This document shows, piece by piece, positions 11,597 through 25,600 of a stretch of DNA of 38,858 bases. Below the pieces are notes generated by a model. That model did no database searches, had not been told where the DNA came from, and worked only from the letters and a program-made list of their open reading frames with translations. The position numbers were made by a program, and so were the translations under genes. Source of the DNA: Pelomyxa schiedti (taxonomy: Eukaryota > Protista > Evosea); NCBI GenBank assembly GCA_020536535.1, contig JAHLWZ010000954.1, positions 1 to 38,858 of the forward strand, read 5' to 3'. Position 1 is the first letter of the stretch, and each line of letters starts with the position of its first letter.

Positions 11597-14584
11597 ATGG
11601 CGACGTCGCAATCACGACTGCAGTACAGCGGACAAGCCGGTGCCGTGCACAGGCAAGATCTCTACTACTACGTTTATTGCATATATGGGACTGAATGCGT
11701 TTTTATTTTTACATGGCTTTTTTTTTTTTTCTCCACGCACATAAGATGGGAACTAACGAGCAACATAGTTATTCTCGCGAAGAATTAGAAGGCGTTGTGG
11801 ACCACTTGAATACAGTTCTGGGGAACGATGATCTTTTGAAGTGTGCCACTTTTGATAAGCAAGGCATAATTAACTTTTTTCCCCACTCCTTTCAGGTCAG
11901 GGAAGCTACCTTTTGCGAGAATCCCTCTTAACCCAAAAAGTGATGACGTCTTTACTGCCATGAAGGACGGTGTCATCATGTGGTCTGTAATACCTTTCAT
12001 TTCCTATTCCATGACAATGCTTGGGCAGCAAATTCCTTGATACACTCACACCTCCTGGACAACCTCCATTATGCCAAGGCTGCTGTCTTAAACCAAACAT
12101 GAATATTTACCACATGCACGAAAACAACTTGAGGGTACTTGCAGCAGCTCAAAAATTGGGCCTCAGCCTCACGAACATTGGTGCCGAAGATTTAGACTCT
12201 GCCAGAGCCCCTCATATCCTACTCAGTCTACTGTGGCAATCCACTGCTGTGAGTTTTGTGTGAAACGTTTGGTCACTTCCAACTATCAATAGCTTGACCT
12301 AAGGAAACAAGTGCAAAATGCTGTAAAGACACATGATACCTCTATACTTCTCAAAGAAAACGAAGATAAATCCGCTATTGGACATCTTGTTATTGAAGAG
12401 ATTCTTCTGCGATGGTAATCTTATTTGAAATCCCAATTGCGTTCCAACAAGGAAAAATAAAGGTTCAATTATCACTTGGCGAAAACAAATACACCACCTA
12501 TCAATAACTTCGATACTGATCTACAAGTGCTTACTTCTATAAGCTATTTCTCCTTTGTGAATAACCTTGTAGGATAGTACAAAACTTATTATTCTTCTCA
12601 ATGCACTGGAACCAAAACACTGCACGAAAGCTCCCCTCACGGAGGCTGATCTCTCAAGGAGAGCAGAATTGATGCTCCAGGAAGCGGAAAAAATTGGGTG
12701 TAGAAAGTTTGTCAATCCCAGTGATATCTTGCATGTAACTATAAATTACATTTATTTATTTCTTAGTGTTTCCTTCTAGGGCAATACGAGGTTAAATTGT
12801 ATGTGTTCGGGTATTCTTCTTTCATTTACCTTTTCTAAGTTGGGTTTATTGCAAATCTATTTTCCAAGTATCCTTCTATGACAGAGCTTCCACCCACTCC
12901 TGAACCCCACCAGGTCACCCCAAGTGTGACCCCTCCAACTCCAGCACTAGTTGTAATGCCCGCCACACTCGTTGGCACATCAACTCCCACAACAACTACA
13001 CCAACTGTTACTCCTACTCCTACTCCTACACCTGCACCCACACCAACCCCCGCTTCCGTCCCAGGTTGCCTGTTTCTCCCATTTTATATTGCTCTAAATC
13101 AATGTAGAGGCACCCCCTTCCTATTCCTCATTACTTGGATCTGATGCCTTGAAATCTTTTGTTGTCCCTGAGAATGTTTCCCGCCAGGGTAAGGTGACAT
13201 TTAGTAAGTCCACTTTATTAATATGATTTCAGAAGCACCACCATCTTATTTACAAGCTATGCAATCTCTGCCCCCAACTACTCCCACAGTGGACTATCAG
13301 CAAGCCCTTCAAAACTTTCAGCAGCAACAGCTTTTACAACAACAACAACAACAACAAAAACTCTTACAGGAGGAACAGCAAAAACAACAGCTCCTTCAAC
13401 AACAACTCTTACAGCAGCAGCAACAACAACTCTTACAGCAGCAACAGCAGCAACTCCTGCAACAACAACAGCAGCAGCAACAACAACAACTCTTGCAGCA
13501 GCAGCAACAGCAACAGCAACAACAATGGAACCAGACTTCACAGTACACACAGCCACCCTATCCAGCACAGCCTCCTTCACCATATGCCCAACCACCCTCA
13601 ACATATCCACCACAGCAACCACCCTACCCGTATCCTTACCCCTCACAACCAACATACCCCCCTCAGCAGCCATATGGGGATCAGTATGGTGCCTATGGGC
13701 AACAGTGGGCCGCACAAACAGCAATGCAATCTAGAGGACTGAAATTCTTCGAAGATTTGAAGAACTCCCTTGCTCGAAAATACACTATGTATATCTCCTG
13801 AGCACTCCTAATATGTAATTTCCCTTTCAGTGTGATTGATATGAGCCAGTCGATGCTGTCTCAAGTTGGTGGAGTTTCTCGGTGGAAAAGTGCTCAGCAA
13901 GCTGTTGGTTTGTTTCTTCTTTTCTCCAAGAAAAACAAATTTACACCCTATAGCATACATGGCGCCATTCGCCATTCGGGCAGATCCGGTTGGCATTACC
14001 CTGTGGTTCTTTTCATCAGGTCCAAAGTTCTTCAAGCATTCTAACATCCAAGGTTGCTCCGAACTAAACGGGCTTTATTTTAATAGTTCACAGATGTAAA
14101 TGAAATCTACAGGCTATTTTCTCAGTATACTCCCCATGGAACCACAAATCTGGATGGAGTATTACGATGTGTGTTTGCTGACCATTTCACCACAAATGCG
14201 CGCAGACCAGAGACAGTGTTGGTTGTAACTGATGGTGAGCCTGATTCACATGTTGCTGTCGAGGGTGAAATCGTGACTTGCACCAAGTTATTGCAGACAA
14301 GAGAGGAACTGAGTATATCCTTCATCCAAGTAAGCGAATCACCACCTACATTAGTCATAAAACACAGCACTAATTACCCAAAGGTGGGAGATGACCCAAG
14401 GGCTACTGCCTTCCTTGACTATTTAGACAATAACCTCGTTTCACGGGCCGGAGCTGTATTAGATATTGGTCTCTACCCCTCCTGTTTTCTAAAACTAACT
14501 TCCTCCACAGTGGACACCAAAACTGTTGGTCGCATGATGGGAATGTCCTTTGAAGCCTTTATCTACAAGTCCCTAACCAGTTAA
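11597..14584 (+). CDS. Fimbrin/plastin-type actin-binding domain (CH-CH) + Pro/Thr- and Gln-rich linker + C-terminal vWA domain
   Basis: CH motifs: EQHSYSREE, MKDGVIMC, LTNIGAEDL..HILLSLLWQ, EEILLRW, FVNPSDI, GFIANLFSKYP. vWA after splicing: KYTI|VIDMSQSM (DxSxS), PHGTTNL, ETVLVVTDGEP, SISFIQ|VGDD..AT.FL..LD, DI|VDT. Stop at 14582-14584. Confidence 0.8.
13320..13525 (+). repeat. CAG/CAA polyglutamine-coding tract with (Q)nLL periodicity
   Basis: Repeated caa/cag codons interrupted by ctctta/ctcctg, inside ORF 13223-13801. Confidence 0.95.
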
Positions 14585-14918
14585 ACGAATAACCTTTTTA
14601 TTAATTAATTTTCAAGTTCCTACTTTGTTAAATGGGTATTTGTTGAGTGAATCAACAACCATCACATTCCAAGCTCTGCCGGTCTGTGAATCCCGTGCGG
14701 GATTTCGTTGGCTGTGATAACTTTGTGCCTCTCATGCTTGATTGAGATGGTTTTTCAATTGTCGATGGGCTCCGTGCTTCCGTTGCCTATTAAGATTGAA
14801 CACGCCAACAATCGACAGGACTGCAGTGGGTTTTTGTGTAACCTAGTGCCTATGAGTCTTCCCAGTACTTCTCTCTTTCATTTCAGGAAAAAATTTAACG
14901 GAAACCGAGTCGCAAAAA

Positions 14919-16517
14919 ATGCACGGATTCACAGAAGTAAGGAAGCACCGACACGACAACGAGAGGACGCTGCGTCGTGGCGACGGAGGACCACGTCGTG
15001 GTACCTCTGTGCCGTCTGAGACGGATTATGGGTTGTTGGGGCAGTTGTTGAACCTACGGGCTGAAAACGAGGCCATGAGAAACAAATCGGCCGCGATAGA
15101 TGCACACCTGGAAAACGTGAGTAGATTCACATGGTCCTTCTTTACTTTCTTTGTCTCTACTCTACAATATTGTGATGAGCCAACAAAAACAAAAACAAAA
15201 AGCTAGAGCGATCGTTGGAACATATGTCTAGTGCGAGGGGTACTGCCAGGTTTGATTTCTCGAAATCTATCTCCAGGAATGCTGAGACACCTGTTTCAGA
15301 GTACCTTTCTCACACAACACGGCTCTTCTTTATATAACTGCATAAAAGGGTTCCAACAGAAAACCAACTTGCGGACTACTGCAGTTCCCTTTCACTTCCT
15401 GCCACTTATCGTTCGAATGTTTCATCACAATCCAATCTCAGATCCCTATCACAGTAAGAAGCATGCGTCCCCAAGCATTATTACACTAACACGAACTTTT
15501 TTTCAGGCCAGTGACCCCAAAACGCACCCCAGTCCAATTTTCCAACCGTCAAAGTCTCAGGTCACTATTTCTAACATTTTTTCTGGATGATAAATAACCC
15601 ATTTCCAGTGGCCGTGATATTGGTCTTTATACTGGATTAACGAAAGTCTTCGGCACTATCAATCGGTCTAATTGTGGTACCATTCCATTTCTAGTAGGAA
15701 AAACCTTATGATTATGAGGGAGTGAGTATCGAACTGCAGTAACTGCTCCAAAAATTTTGTTGTACTCCAAGGGGGAAGGCCTTAAAGAAGGTTTTTACTA
15801 TGTATGCAATGTAGACGGAGCTGCATCATTCATTGGAACAACCATGAAGTATCTTCCTCTGGGGTAGGTAGGTTAACCACTAAATTTTGCCTTCAGAGGT
15901 TCTGTGGCACCCGAAACACAGCTCCTATTAAATAGTGGAATTTTACCAAACCATTTGAGGTATTTCAGTGTTCTAAAAAAAGAGAATCCACTCACTTTCA
16001 TGCAGTGGAACCCAAAATCAAGCCGCTACTGCCAAGTTGACTTCATCGCCGACAAGTGCAAGGAATAGGCCACTTACATACTCACAAACAAGATCCAGTT
16101 TACTGAGAAGTCAAAAACGTACTTTTCCTTCCCTTCATTACCCCTTTTTGCTGTTTACTTTATGCAGTAACTGCCCACATGAAAAATGAAAGCACGTTTT
16201 CACCCCGGCCTTCTGCCCTCACTCCAGAAGAGAGGACAAAGTACTTCGAGAGACTCAGTGCACCCCGCCACCAAACTCCACATACAAACACCACTGCCTC
16301 CAAACATGTTACGATGCAGAGCCTGCGGCAGCAGTATTCAGCAAACAGTAACTCTCACACAACTGGGTCACTTGCTAGCTCGGCTGAACAACAAGATAGC
16401 AACAGTGTCCAAGAAGAAGGAATTTCTCAACAGCAGGAATCAGAAGAAAGTCTGGAGTGCAGTGACCCTCTGGAAGAAACCAGCACAAGATGTGAAGAGC
16501 CTGTACCTAGTGAATGA
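14919..16517 (+). CDS. Multi-exon hypothetical protein (coiled-coil N-terminus, Ser/Gln-rich C-terminus)
   Basis: ATG at 14919 with a short coiled coil (LLNLRAENEAMRNK), several GT-AG-bounded exons, and final ORF 16179-16517. No family recognised and the exon structure is only partly resolved. Confidence 0.5.
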
Positions 16518-16661
16518 GAATTGTATATAACGGCAAAACTGTAACCTGAAAGCTGTATACTTGTAGTAAAAACAAAACCACTACTTTTTGTACATTCCCT
16601 CTACTTTAAGAAACAACACAACGGCTTAGGTAACAACATTTTCTAAATTACATAGTGGTTC

Positions 16662-19600
16662 TTACAAACGAGAACCACCCAAAATGACATGAGACCCACC
16701 CCGGTAATTGTAGGATGGGAGTGCTCTTGTGTTTGTGATTATTACTGAGTGTGGTCTGATAGGGTGTTGCTGTTGTGGTGATGATGTGTTGCTACTACTT
16801 GTTGCTGTTGTACTTGTACTAAAACTATTCCAACTGGTACTAGCACTACTGCTGGAGTGCTGAGGGATTTGAGGTGGCGAGGGTGATGACGAGGGCGGGC
16901 GGGGCGCCGGCGATGTCGGGGGGCTTATAGGGGAAGGAGTGGGCGGGGGCGGCGCGGGAATGACCGGGAGGGGCGGTTCTAGCTGTACGTTGAGGAGCGA
17001 GAGGGGCGGGAGCGGGGGTGGCGAGGGGGGCGGGGGCAGGGAGAGCCGCGGCGACCGCGTGGAGAGCGACGCCGGCGACGTGTTGGGTGCTGGGGATGGG
17101 GGGAGGACCGGCGCGGGGTGCTGCGGAAGGGCGTGCAGCAGGAACGAGGTTGCGGCGAGCGGGGGCGGTGCCGGCGGGGGCTCCTGGAAGCCGGGCGGCA
17201 GGTGTTGAGGGAAGCAGTCGGGGAGGGGCGGGGCGTGGGGCGCACTTGGCCTGAGAAGGGAAGGGGAGGGTGGAGTGCTGGACAGTGGAGCGAGGGTTGA
17301 AGTCGACTCTTTTGGGCTGGCCATGGTGGGGCTCGTCTGCCGGACACCAAGCAAGTTGGTTGGCCGTGGGACACTCCCGTTGGTAAGCTGTAAAGATGAA
17401 TGACTCCGCAGAAGTCCTTTATGTGGGGAGGTCGGTTTCTCAACGTAGCTTGATTGCTCCAGAAATTCTGGGCATTGCAACATTCCAAAGAACAGAGGTG
17501 GCATTGTTGATGTTGGGTCGATGGACATGCTGCAGCAGACTTCCGTGGCAAATTTCTTGGTGCTACTTTTAGCAATGATTGTCTTGATCTTTTCTGTTGG
17601 CTTCAAATGGCATACAAATGTGTGTGTTGTGTCCTGCAGGTAATTAGGATGAACAGGTAAGGAACTGTGCACATACGTTAAAATCAAACATTGTAATGGA
17701 GCTGCTATCTTTTGTATAGACCACCATGAGTGGGGCAACTACTGATAGACCAAGAGCGGGTCCAGGTGCATGCAGTGGTATAGTTTTAATAATAGCACAA
17801 TCCTTGACAAAATGAATAGTAAAGTAAATTTTCTAGAGTTTGTACAGGAATTAGCCAGCAGCAAAGATTTCCGTCATTTCCTACGGACCACATCTTACCG
17901 TCACAGGCAACCAAACCAGTAATAGCGCTTGTTTGCTTGCTTGCCAAGGTGCTACTCGAACTGATTACACTCAACGACTAGCCCAGATGTAGCACTTCAG
18001 GAAATGAAATAAAAGATTAAAATACTCACGGTACTGTGAACACAATAAAGAGAATCCCCAGCAGCTGCACACAAGGTGATTGAGTCAAAAGAGCACATGG
18101 AGGCCACGGGATATTGCTCACATATATCAACCAGGCACGCCAAAGGTGCTGACTTTGCCTGTGAAAGAAGTGACTGGCCTATAAGTAATCCAATACTCTC
18201 ACCTCACTGTTCCAGGAAAAAACGTAAATGGAACCTTTCTTAGACCCTGCAAACACATACGCACCATTGTACATGATACTAAGGAATGTTTCATGACGAC
18301 TTGTATGAAGGACAGTTCCGGACTAGTAGCTGTTACTGCTTCTGTACCAAAAAGGATACCATACCATAGAAAAAATGGTCATTGTTCCGTCAGTGGTGCT
18401 GGACCATAACAAAACTTCGTTGTCAGTATGTACACTGCTTAGTGTAACAACTGGAGCTGTGTGAATATCAATTTTGTGCACTGGCATTGCTGGGTGTGAT
18501 GCCTGAACGCCAATGAGGGGAATAAATGTAACCTCTAACTACACACGTTCACCCAGTTCATAAAGTATACCGAACCATCCTCCATAGCCGCAATGAGTGA
18601 GTTGTCCACTACCTAAAGAGTTAGGAATCTACAAAGAGAAAAGTACAAACCAAGAGATGCAGTGGACTTCCGGGAACATCAACGCCATGTAAACAATCTA
18701 ATGTCATATTTCTTGAAGTACGCAAACCAGTTAGTAAGGAATAAAATTTCCCAACCAGAGGGGTACCTGGATTTTTCTTCCGAATAATCCTGGGAGATGT
18801 TAAATAAAGATACTGAGGATACAACGTACTGGTCTTTTTGGGGGTTTACTACTTCCTGATGCAGGGCTACTATGTGACAATGACAAGCGGTACGCCCTAA
18901 TCTCTTGAGCCGGAATAATAAGGGACTGGACAGGGTTCTTTATTGCCCATTAGTCTCGGGAAATCACCAAGGCACAACATACATGCATGGGGGCCGACGT
19001 GGAGGTCGACGTATTTGCCCGAGGCCTACAAGGCGAGGGGTTTTGGCAGCCAAGAATGCCTGCCAGAGGGGATAACTCTTGAAGTATTTGTGAAAAAGTT
19101 GGGCGCAAGCTTTCTGAAGCATGCCAGCATCTCTCGACAAGTTGATACAGCTGGAGATGCTCCGGTTCGGAAAATCTTCCAGTTGGAAGGACTGGGCGGA
19201 TTCCACTGAGTACCTACCCTACACTTGATTTGTGAAGAAGGAAAAGGGTTGTTTACTTTTTCTTCGATAATGATGTTGAAGGACAACTTCCCAAAGTATT
19301 TCTCCCGCGCAATCATTTCATATAAAATTACCTGCAACGGGAATCACTGAAGGATTAACGGAGTGGGTGTCCTACTCCATATGAATAAACATCAGATTTA
19401 GTGGTGAAGGGTCCTTTCCTCATAACTTCAGGAGCAAGCCAGACTTATAAAGGCAAAAGTGAGAACGAGTCGATGTCTTACTTCGGGCAATACCAGGATT
19501 GTCAACAACCTCACTTGCTACTGTATTTTGAAGACCTGTAAGACCTGAAGAAAGTAAGATCAGGAAGTTATTGTATGTGCCAATACCAAAATCTGCGACC

Positions 19601-22600
19601 TGTTGATGAAGGGTGAGTGAATGACTCGAGTTAAGTTATGAATGACCTTTGCTACAACAGAATCCAGGTGAGATAGCCCAGCAAGGAGTATGTTTGGGCT
19701 TTTTAAATCTCTGTGGATTTGAGGAGGCGTTGAGTCATGTAAGAAGCGCATAGCACAGGCGATATCCATGGCTATCTTAAGCACTAGTGGGAACGGGAGT
19801 GGGTTGCTTTCTCCACCATTATACTGGTTGTGTATGTAGTTGTACAGATCTCCATGGGGAACAAATTCTGTTACAATACAAAGCGGACTCAGGCATAAGC
19901 CAATAAGTTCAACGATGCAGGGGTGTTTAAGACCACTAATGGTGGTTATAAGGTTTTATTTATGTGTTTACCTCATAACCCAAACTTCTCTTTGAAATTC
20001 GGCAAACTTCGAGTCACTGTGTGGGGAATCCCTCTTTGACTTCAGTTGTTTGACCGCTACAATCTTGTTGGTTACTGTCCATGTAGCTTTGTAAACAACA
20101 GCAGCACTTCCTGGTATACAGTGATTGGCTTACTTCTCCCTTTGGGTAACGTACCTTCACCAATAACTGCACCAAGCTTCAAATCTGAAAATGAGAGTTT
20201 GTCTGCATTACATGTACTCATTGAAAATTCGGGTACCACAACACTTGTGGCAATAGGGTGGATCCCAGAGCAGTAAAGAAAGGGATCTCCCTGTGTTATA
20301 AGTGTCAAGGAGAAGGAAGAAATGAGACCATACTTTCAGTGCAGCATTTTCACAGTCGCTGACTGGGAAAAGATATGGTGGGGAATTAGGATGACTTGTT
20401 TGACAATGATAGCACGGAATGAAGACTTGAGGTTTCTGGAAATACCAAGAGTGAGCATTCGTTAACAAAAAAAGAGTTCTAACTTACCACACCCAAATCT
20501 GCAAACAAAGACGTCAAGCAATCATATACAAAACGTGATAGTACATCTGGCATAGGAGCTCTTACATCAACCGCTACAGTTGACACATCTGCCAACAAAT
20601 GAACCAGGATTGTTTCCAAATCCTTTTTCAGAAAAGCAGATTCTTTCCACATATAAAGCACAGTAGTGTGTGAATCGGAGGCAACACGAGCCTTGGTGAA
20701 AGTAAATCTCTGAGAGTTTGGGTTGTTGCTTACCAGAAATAGGTTCATAATATTGTGTGGTACATGAGGATTGAAAACAAAACGTCTCCCAGTTTGAGTA
20801 AGTTGTGATCCAGGGCCTAGGGAAGGCCAGAGGCTTGATCTTTTGGGGGGGTGAGCTAAATTTAAAGTCAGGAGTTAATACATTTGCGTGGGAGGTGAGG
20901 ATGGGAGTAACGAAGGGACAAGAAATATAGGTTCAGAAAGGGTACAATTCTAGAACAATTGTTAAAAAAGTAGTTGTATCGCCTAAAAAGAAAGGTACCA
21001 CAATTTTTAGGATGAGTTGATGCTTTATGAGAAGTTGGCAGAAAATGGGGTAGAGCTTTTTTGGATATGTGGGGTCTTTGTCCCAGAAGGAGGTGATGTT
21101 CTCAGTAGTGAGGAGAGCAGAACCAAAAATCGATGGCAATGGCGTGGATAACGATATGAGCTGAACAAGCCACTGCCACATGTTAAGGAAAAAAATGAAA
21201 ATAATAAAAAGACCTGATTGTCAATAACAATGAAATCAAAAAAGGTATTATCACCAGCAGTAAAGTGAACTGTTCCCGCTTCACAAAGATACTCTACTGC
21301 TTGTCTTTGAGCTGTGTCATCCCTGGAAGAATGTTAAAACGTTCAAGAGATTAGGAGGAAAGGGCTGGGTTCTCTACGTGATTGCACAAACGGATGCTAG
21401 TGCAGAAAAATCTAACCAAGACAGCACAGGCGGTTTAAAAACTGATCTATGTCTGTCAACATATTTGTCTAGTGTTACAAAGACCCGAGGAACAGAGAAG
21501 GTCATTCGTCTTTGGTCAGCTAGCTTGGTAATCAGGAGTTGAATATAGGCACGTAACCTGGGTTTGAATTGGAGGTGGTACAGATTGAGAGTTATACTTT
21601 GAAAAACCCTTCATTGTTGGAGGACTTATGGCAACTGAGCCACAAATATTGGGGAACTGTTGTTGAAGTCGTAGAAACAAATTTCCCTTCAATGAAGCTA
21701 GTTCAGATGGGGAAAGCCTGTGATGAAAGAGAAAACATCAGCGAAGGTTCGAGTTAGTGGTAGGAACTTTTCTCTATGAGTAGCAACGAACAAAATTGGC
21801 ACAATAGGCCCGTGCTTGTAAATGAGAGAAAGCCATTCTTCAACTTGAGACACATTCACTGGCTGTGAAATATCACACACAAAAATGACGACAACATTAT
21901 TTGAAAGGAAAGGTCGTGATGTATAGAAGCCAGCTTCAAGTATCAGTGTTAGGGAGGCAGATGCCAAGTCACAAACCAGATCCTGAAAATTCCCATACAT
22001 GCAGTATTCCCGAGTGATGTCGGTGGCCATTTTCTTGTCTTTCAGAAAAATTAATCGGAATTCTCCATTCCTCTTATCAAAGTGAGTGTATGGTAAAATG
22101 GTTGCCTTTGTTACCATAAGTAGCAAGAGCATATTTCCGTTGTTTGTGTGTCAGAGCTATTTTGTCTCTAATACAGTTGAGCATTGCCGTTTTGCCTACG
22201 GAAGAACTGCCAAGCTAAAGGAAATTATTGTTGGACGCGTGATGATAAGACACACCACAAGGACTCTTTTTTGAATTATATTGACTTTTTCAGAGCCATT
22301 GCTGTGTAGAAAAGATAACAGTGGCCCCACTGGCATTACAGCAAAGTCCTTTGGGGGCCATATCAAATTACTTTTCCCGTTTCCCACAAGCTTGAGGCAC
22401 TCCAATTTGCTGAGGTATCCGATTGTAGGAGGTATCTCTTCAAAAAGGTTGTCCTGCAGTTCCAGAATTTTCAAATTCACCTTTTTTTTTTTTTAGATAC
22501 TAGTAGAAGTGGGTAGGAATACCAATTGACCAATGGATGCCGGGACATAACTTATTTTGTTACTATGCGCTCGTAATATGCGCAGCTCACACAGGCAATT

Positions 22601-25600
22601 TATACCCACAGGGAGCTCCTGTATGTCATTGGCACTTATGTCCAGATTCATTACAGTAGACATTTTGAGAATCACCTGGTTTGTGTCAAAGATATTAGTA
22701 AGAATGATGTATACATTGGGAAAAGTGGCAAAGGCATTGCCGGAAATATTCAATGATTTCAAGTAGACGAGCGATGTGAAGTCATTGGGTAATTCATCAA
22801 GAAAATTCAAGGAAATATTTAATCTGAAAAAACCACTTAAGAAGTGTTTCAAATAAGGAATCGACAAACGATTGCAAGACGGCAAAATCAGTCCAAGAGG
22901 ATGGATAGAATGCTAATCCAATGGAAGATGCATTCAGATCCTGAATTACTGGAGCAAATGCTGGCAATGTCTTCGAGAGGCCACTAATATGTTGCCTACT
23001 GATATTCAACTGAAAGAAGGTATTAAAATTGCTTGTTTTTTATCAAGAGATGTGCCACACTCGGCATAGATGTCTACAGTTCCCCAAAGAAGCTGGAAAT
23101 GATGCAAGCTTGCCTACTGAAACGTCTAGAATCTATTTATTACATAAATTTTAGGAAGAACACGTCTACAAAACCTTTAATTCGACAAGAGAGAGTGTAG
23201 AAGGAAGACAAACAAGAGGGTTGGACGAAATAGAAAAGTCAATCAGGAATTTTTGATGACTTTCCATAAGCCGAAACACTTCATCAGAAATGTGGTTAAT
23301 GTTATTTGAACTAAACAGTGATCAAAAATAGGGCACTGTAGGTTACAAAGTACCTCAAATTAAGCTTTCTCAGATTGGGTAGGTACAGAATAGCAAGAGG
23401 AAATGTGTTCAAGTTATTTCCACTTAAATCAAGCACATTCAAATTCTCAGTGAGAGGAAACACAAATTCTCCATGAACAGTATTTGGAAGGAAGAACATA
23501 TTACGATTCTTCAATTCAATGCTGGGGCAATTGAAGGATGAGAGTGGAGGATCCAGTTGCTTTATTTGCCTTTTGATATGGCGGATTGAGGAAACAAACT
23601 CTACTCCATATAAGTTTCTGAACACGATCTCTACTTGGTACCTTTTTGGATGGCAGAATTCCACCTAAACAAGAGGAAATTCCAAAGGGAACACTCAGAA
23701 AATGACACCGTGATTCGCAGAATATTGTCCTGAGTTTCTCCCATGTACAAGGTATTTTTGTATTGCTCCAAATTTGTTAATGAGAGCAGATAATCCCAAA
23801 ATGATTGCTTGTCTCTGTTGGCACGCCAGAGTTCACTCTGAGAATTTCCAAGTAAGACATGAATACAAAAGCATAAGTTTAACAAGTAAACCTCATTGGT
23901 ATGGGAGAAAGTGCCAAAACGTTGTGAGTTGAAAGCGTCTATCACAGTAAGAAGAAAGTCCTCATTAAACTCAAAGTACTGTGGATACTCCTGGTTTCAT
24001 TTTGAGAAGGATGAAATACAGTGCTGTGGAATACTTGGAAAATATTCCATATGAGGAAGATGAACTACAAAATTGAGTCATAGGAAAAGAGTATAGAGTA
24101 TGGGAAAACCTGCAGGAAAATCATGAATAAAGATGAATCACTGAAAGGAAAGCCGAAGCTTCCCCACTGTCTGTCTATTAATTGACCAAAACTGTTTGAG
24201 CATTACTTTAAAATTGTTGTTGTCTGTACAGACCCAGAAAGTGTTCTGAAGTCAGAACTGAGTACTACTTGAACGGCACTCAGGATGCAACAGTCAACAT
24301 CACAATGTCTACTTACTGGACTACTGTTTTCTATGATGACCGAACTTCCCCCCAAAATCATTGTTGTTACAGTGGAGACCGCTTTGGCCAATTGTTTGAG
24401 TTGAACAACCCACATCCTGTAGGAAATGGGAACGCAAGAAAGGAAGAGGGATACTAACTGAATCGATTCTTTCTGATACATAATCGCATCTGTTTCCTCG
24501 AATCAAGTCAGTTGAACAGTAGCAGGTAAAAAATTTTACTAGGTCACGAAGTTCCAAGTATCCCTCCCGCACTTCTGCAGCAGTAGGAGCCTCGAGATAA
24601 CAGCAATTTTGTGATTGAAGGGTCCCAGTACAGGGCTGAATGGAGCAGTCCACCTCAGTTTGGGTGTTACCATGGCTGCCAGTTTTTGCAAATACAACTT
24701 TAGAAATGCCAGCCTTCTGAAGAAACTCTGTAACCTGAGAAGGGAGGTAAGTGGGTATCCTAGGAAGGATTACATACAGATTCTTTTGCATCAGAAAATG
24801 AACTGCTGAATGAAGTAAGAAGAAAAGCTTTGGATTCAGCACAGAAAAAAACAGGTACAGGGAACCTGGGTTCTTTTACACCCTATTCTCCTTAAGGGAA
24901 AAATTACATGGATACCTGGAATGTAACCAACGAGAGGCATTTCTTTCTATCCATTCATCAGTCATTACTGTTGGAGTAATCAGCATGGAAGGATAAGTGG
25001 AGCATATCGTGTATCGCAAGTTAACTTGGGTTAACTTCACAGAAGTTAAGAAAGCCACACAAGGGACAAATTTACCCTCCAAGATGTTACCCCGCTACTT
25101 TGAAGTTGTTTCAGTATCACATAAGAGCTTCCTTCTTCAATTTGTTCTTCGCGTGTACTGCCAACTGGGGGTTCCACTTTTTGTCCCCCTCTTTTTCGTT
25201 TAGAAATATTGGAGATGAATTCTTTCTACCTATTAACAATTTCCAAAAAGTGAGAGTACTCAGAGTGCTCAGTGAAGCGTTGTGGGAAGCGAACAAATAT
25301 AGTGCGGAAGTCTTTACATATGATTTTTATTTCAGGAAAATAACCAGTGGTGTGTGCAGTTGAGACAGCAACATTAAATATACTTGAGAGTGAAACCTCT
25401 AACTGTGTTTTAAGTGAGTTCGAACATTGACCCACAGTTGATCACCTGCTTTTCCAGAGTTGTGTATGTCATACTGTCCACCAGATATTTGAAGCACAAA
25501 CGGTAATTTGTGCACCACGCTTCACAGCAGCGTCCTTCATCTTCTTTTGCGGGATTTGTACAAATGACATTACTAACTGATAGGAGTATTTGTTCATTTG

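Noticed and set aside
14689-14704. 7-bp inverted repeat AATCCCG-TG-CGGGATT in an intergenic gap
   Set aside because: A single short palindrome with no second copy, no U-tract and no tRNA-like context.
16939-17575. Overlapping Arg/Gly-rich ORFs
   Set aside because: Shadows of the Pro-rich Roco tail.
24269-24457. 62-aa plus ORF sharing PQNHCCYSGDRFGQLF with the ORF at the window end
   Set aside because: It is antisense to the myotubularin exon. The shared peptide results from the 52-nt duplication, not from a protein family.
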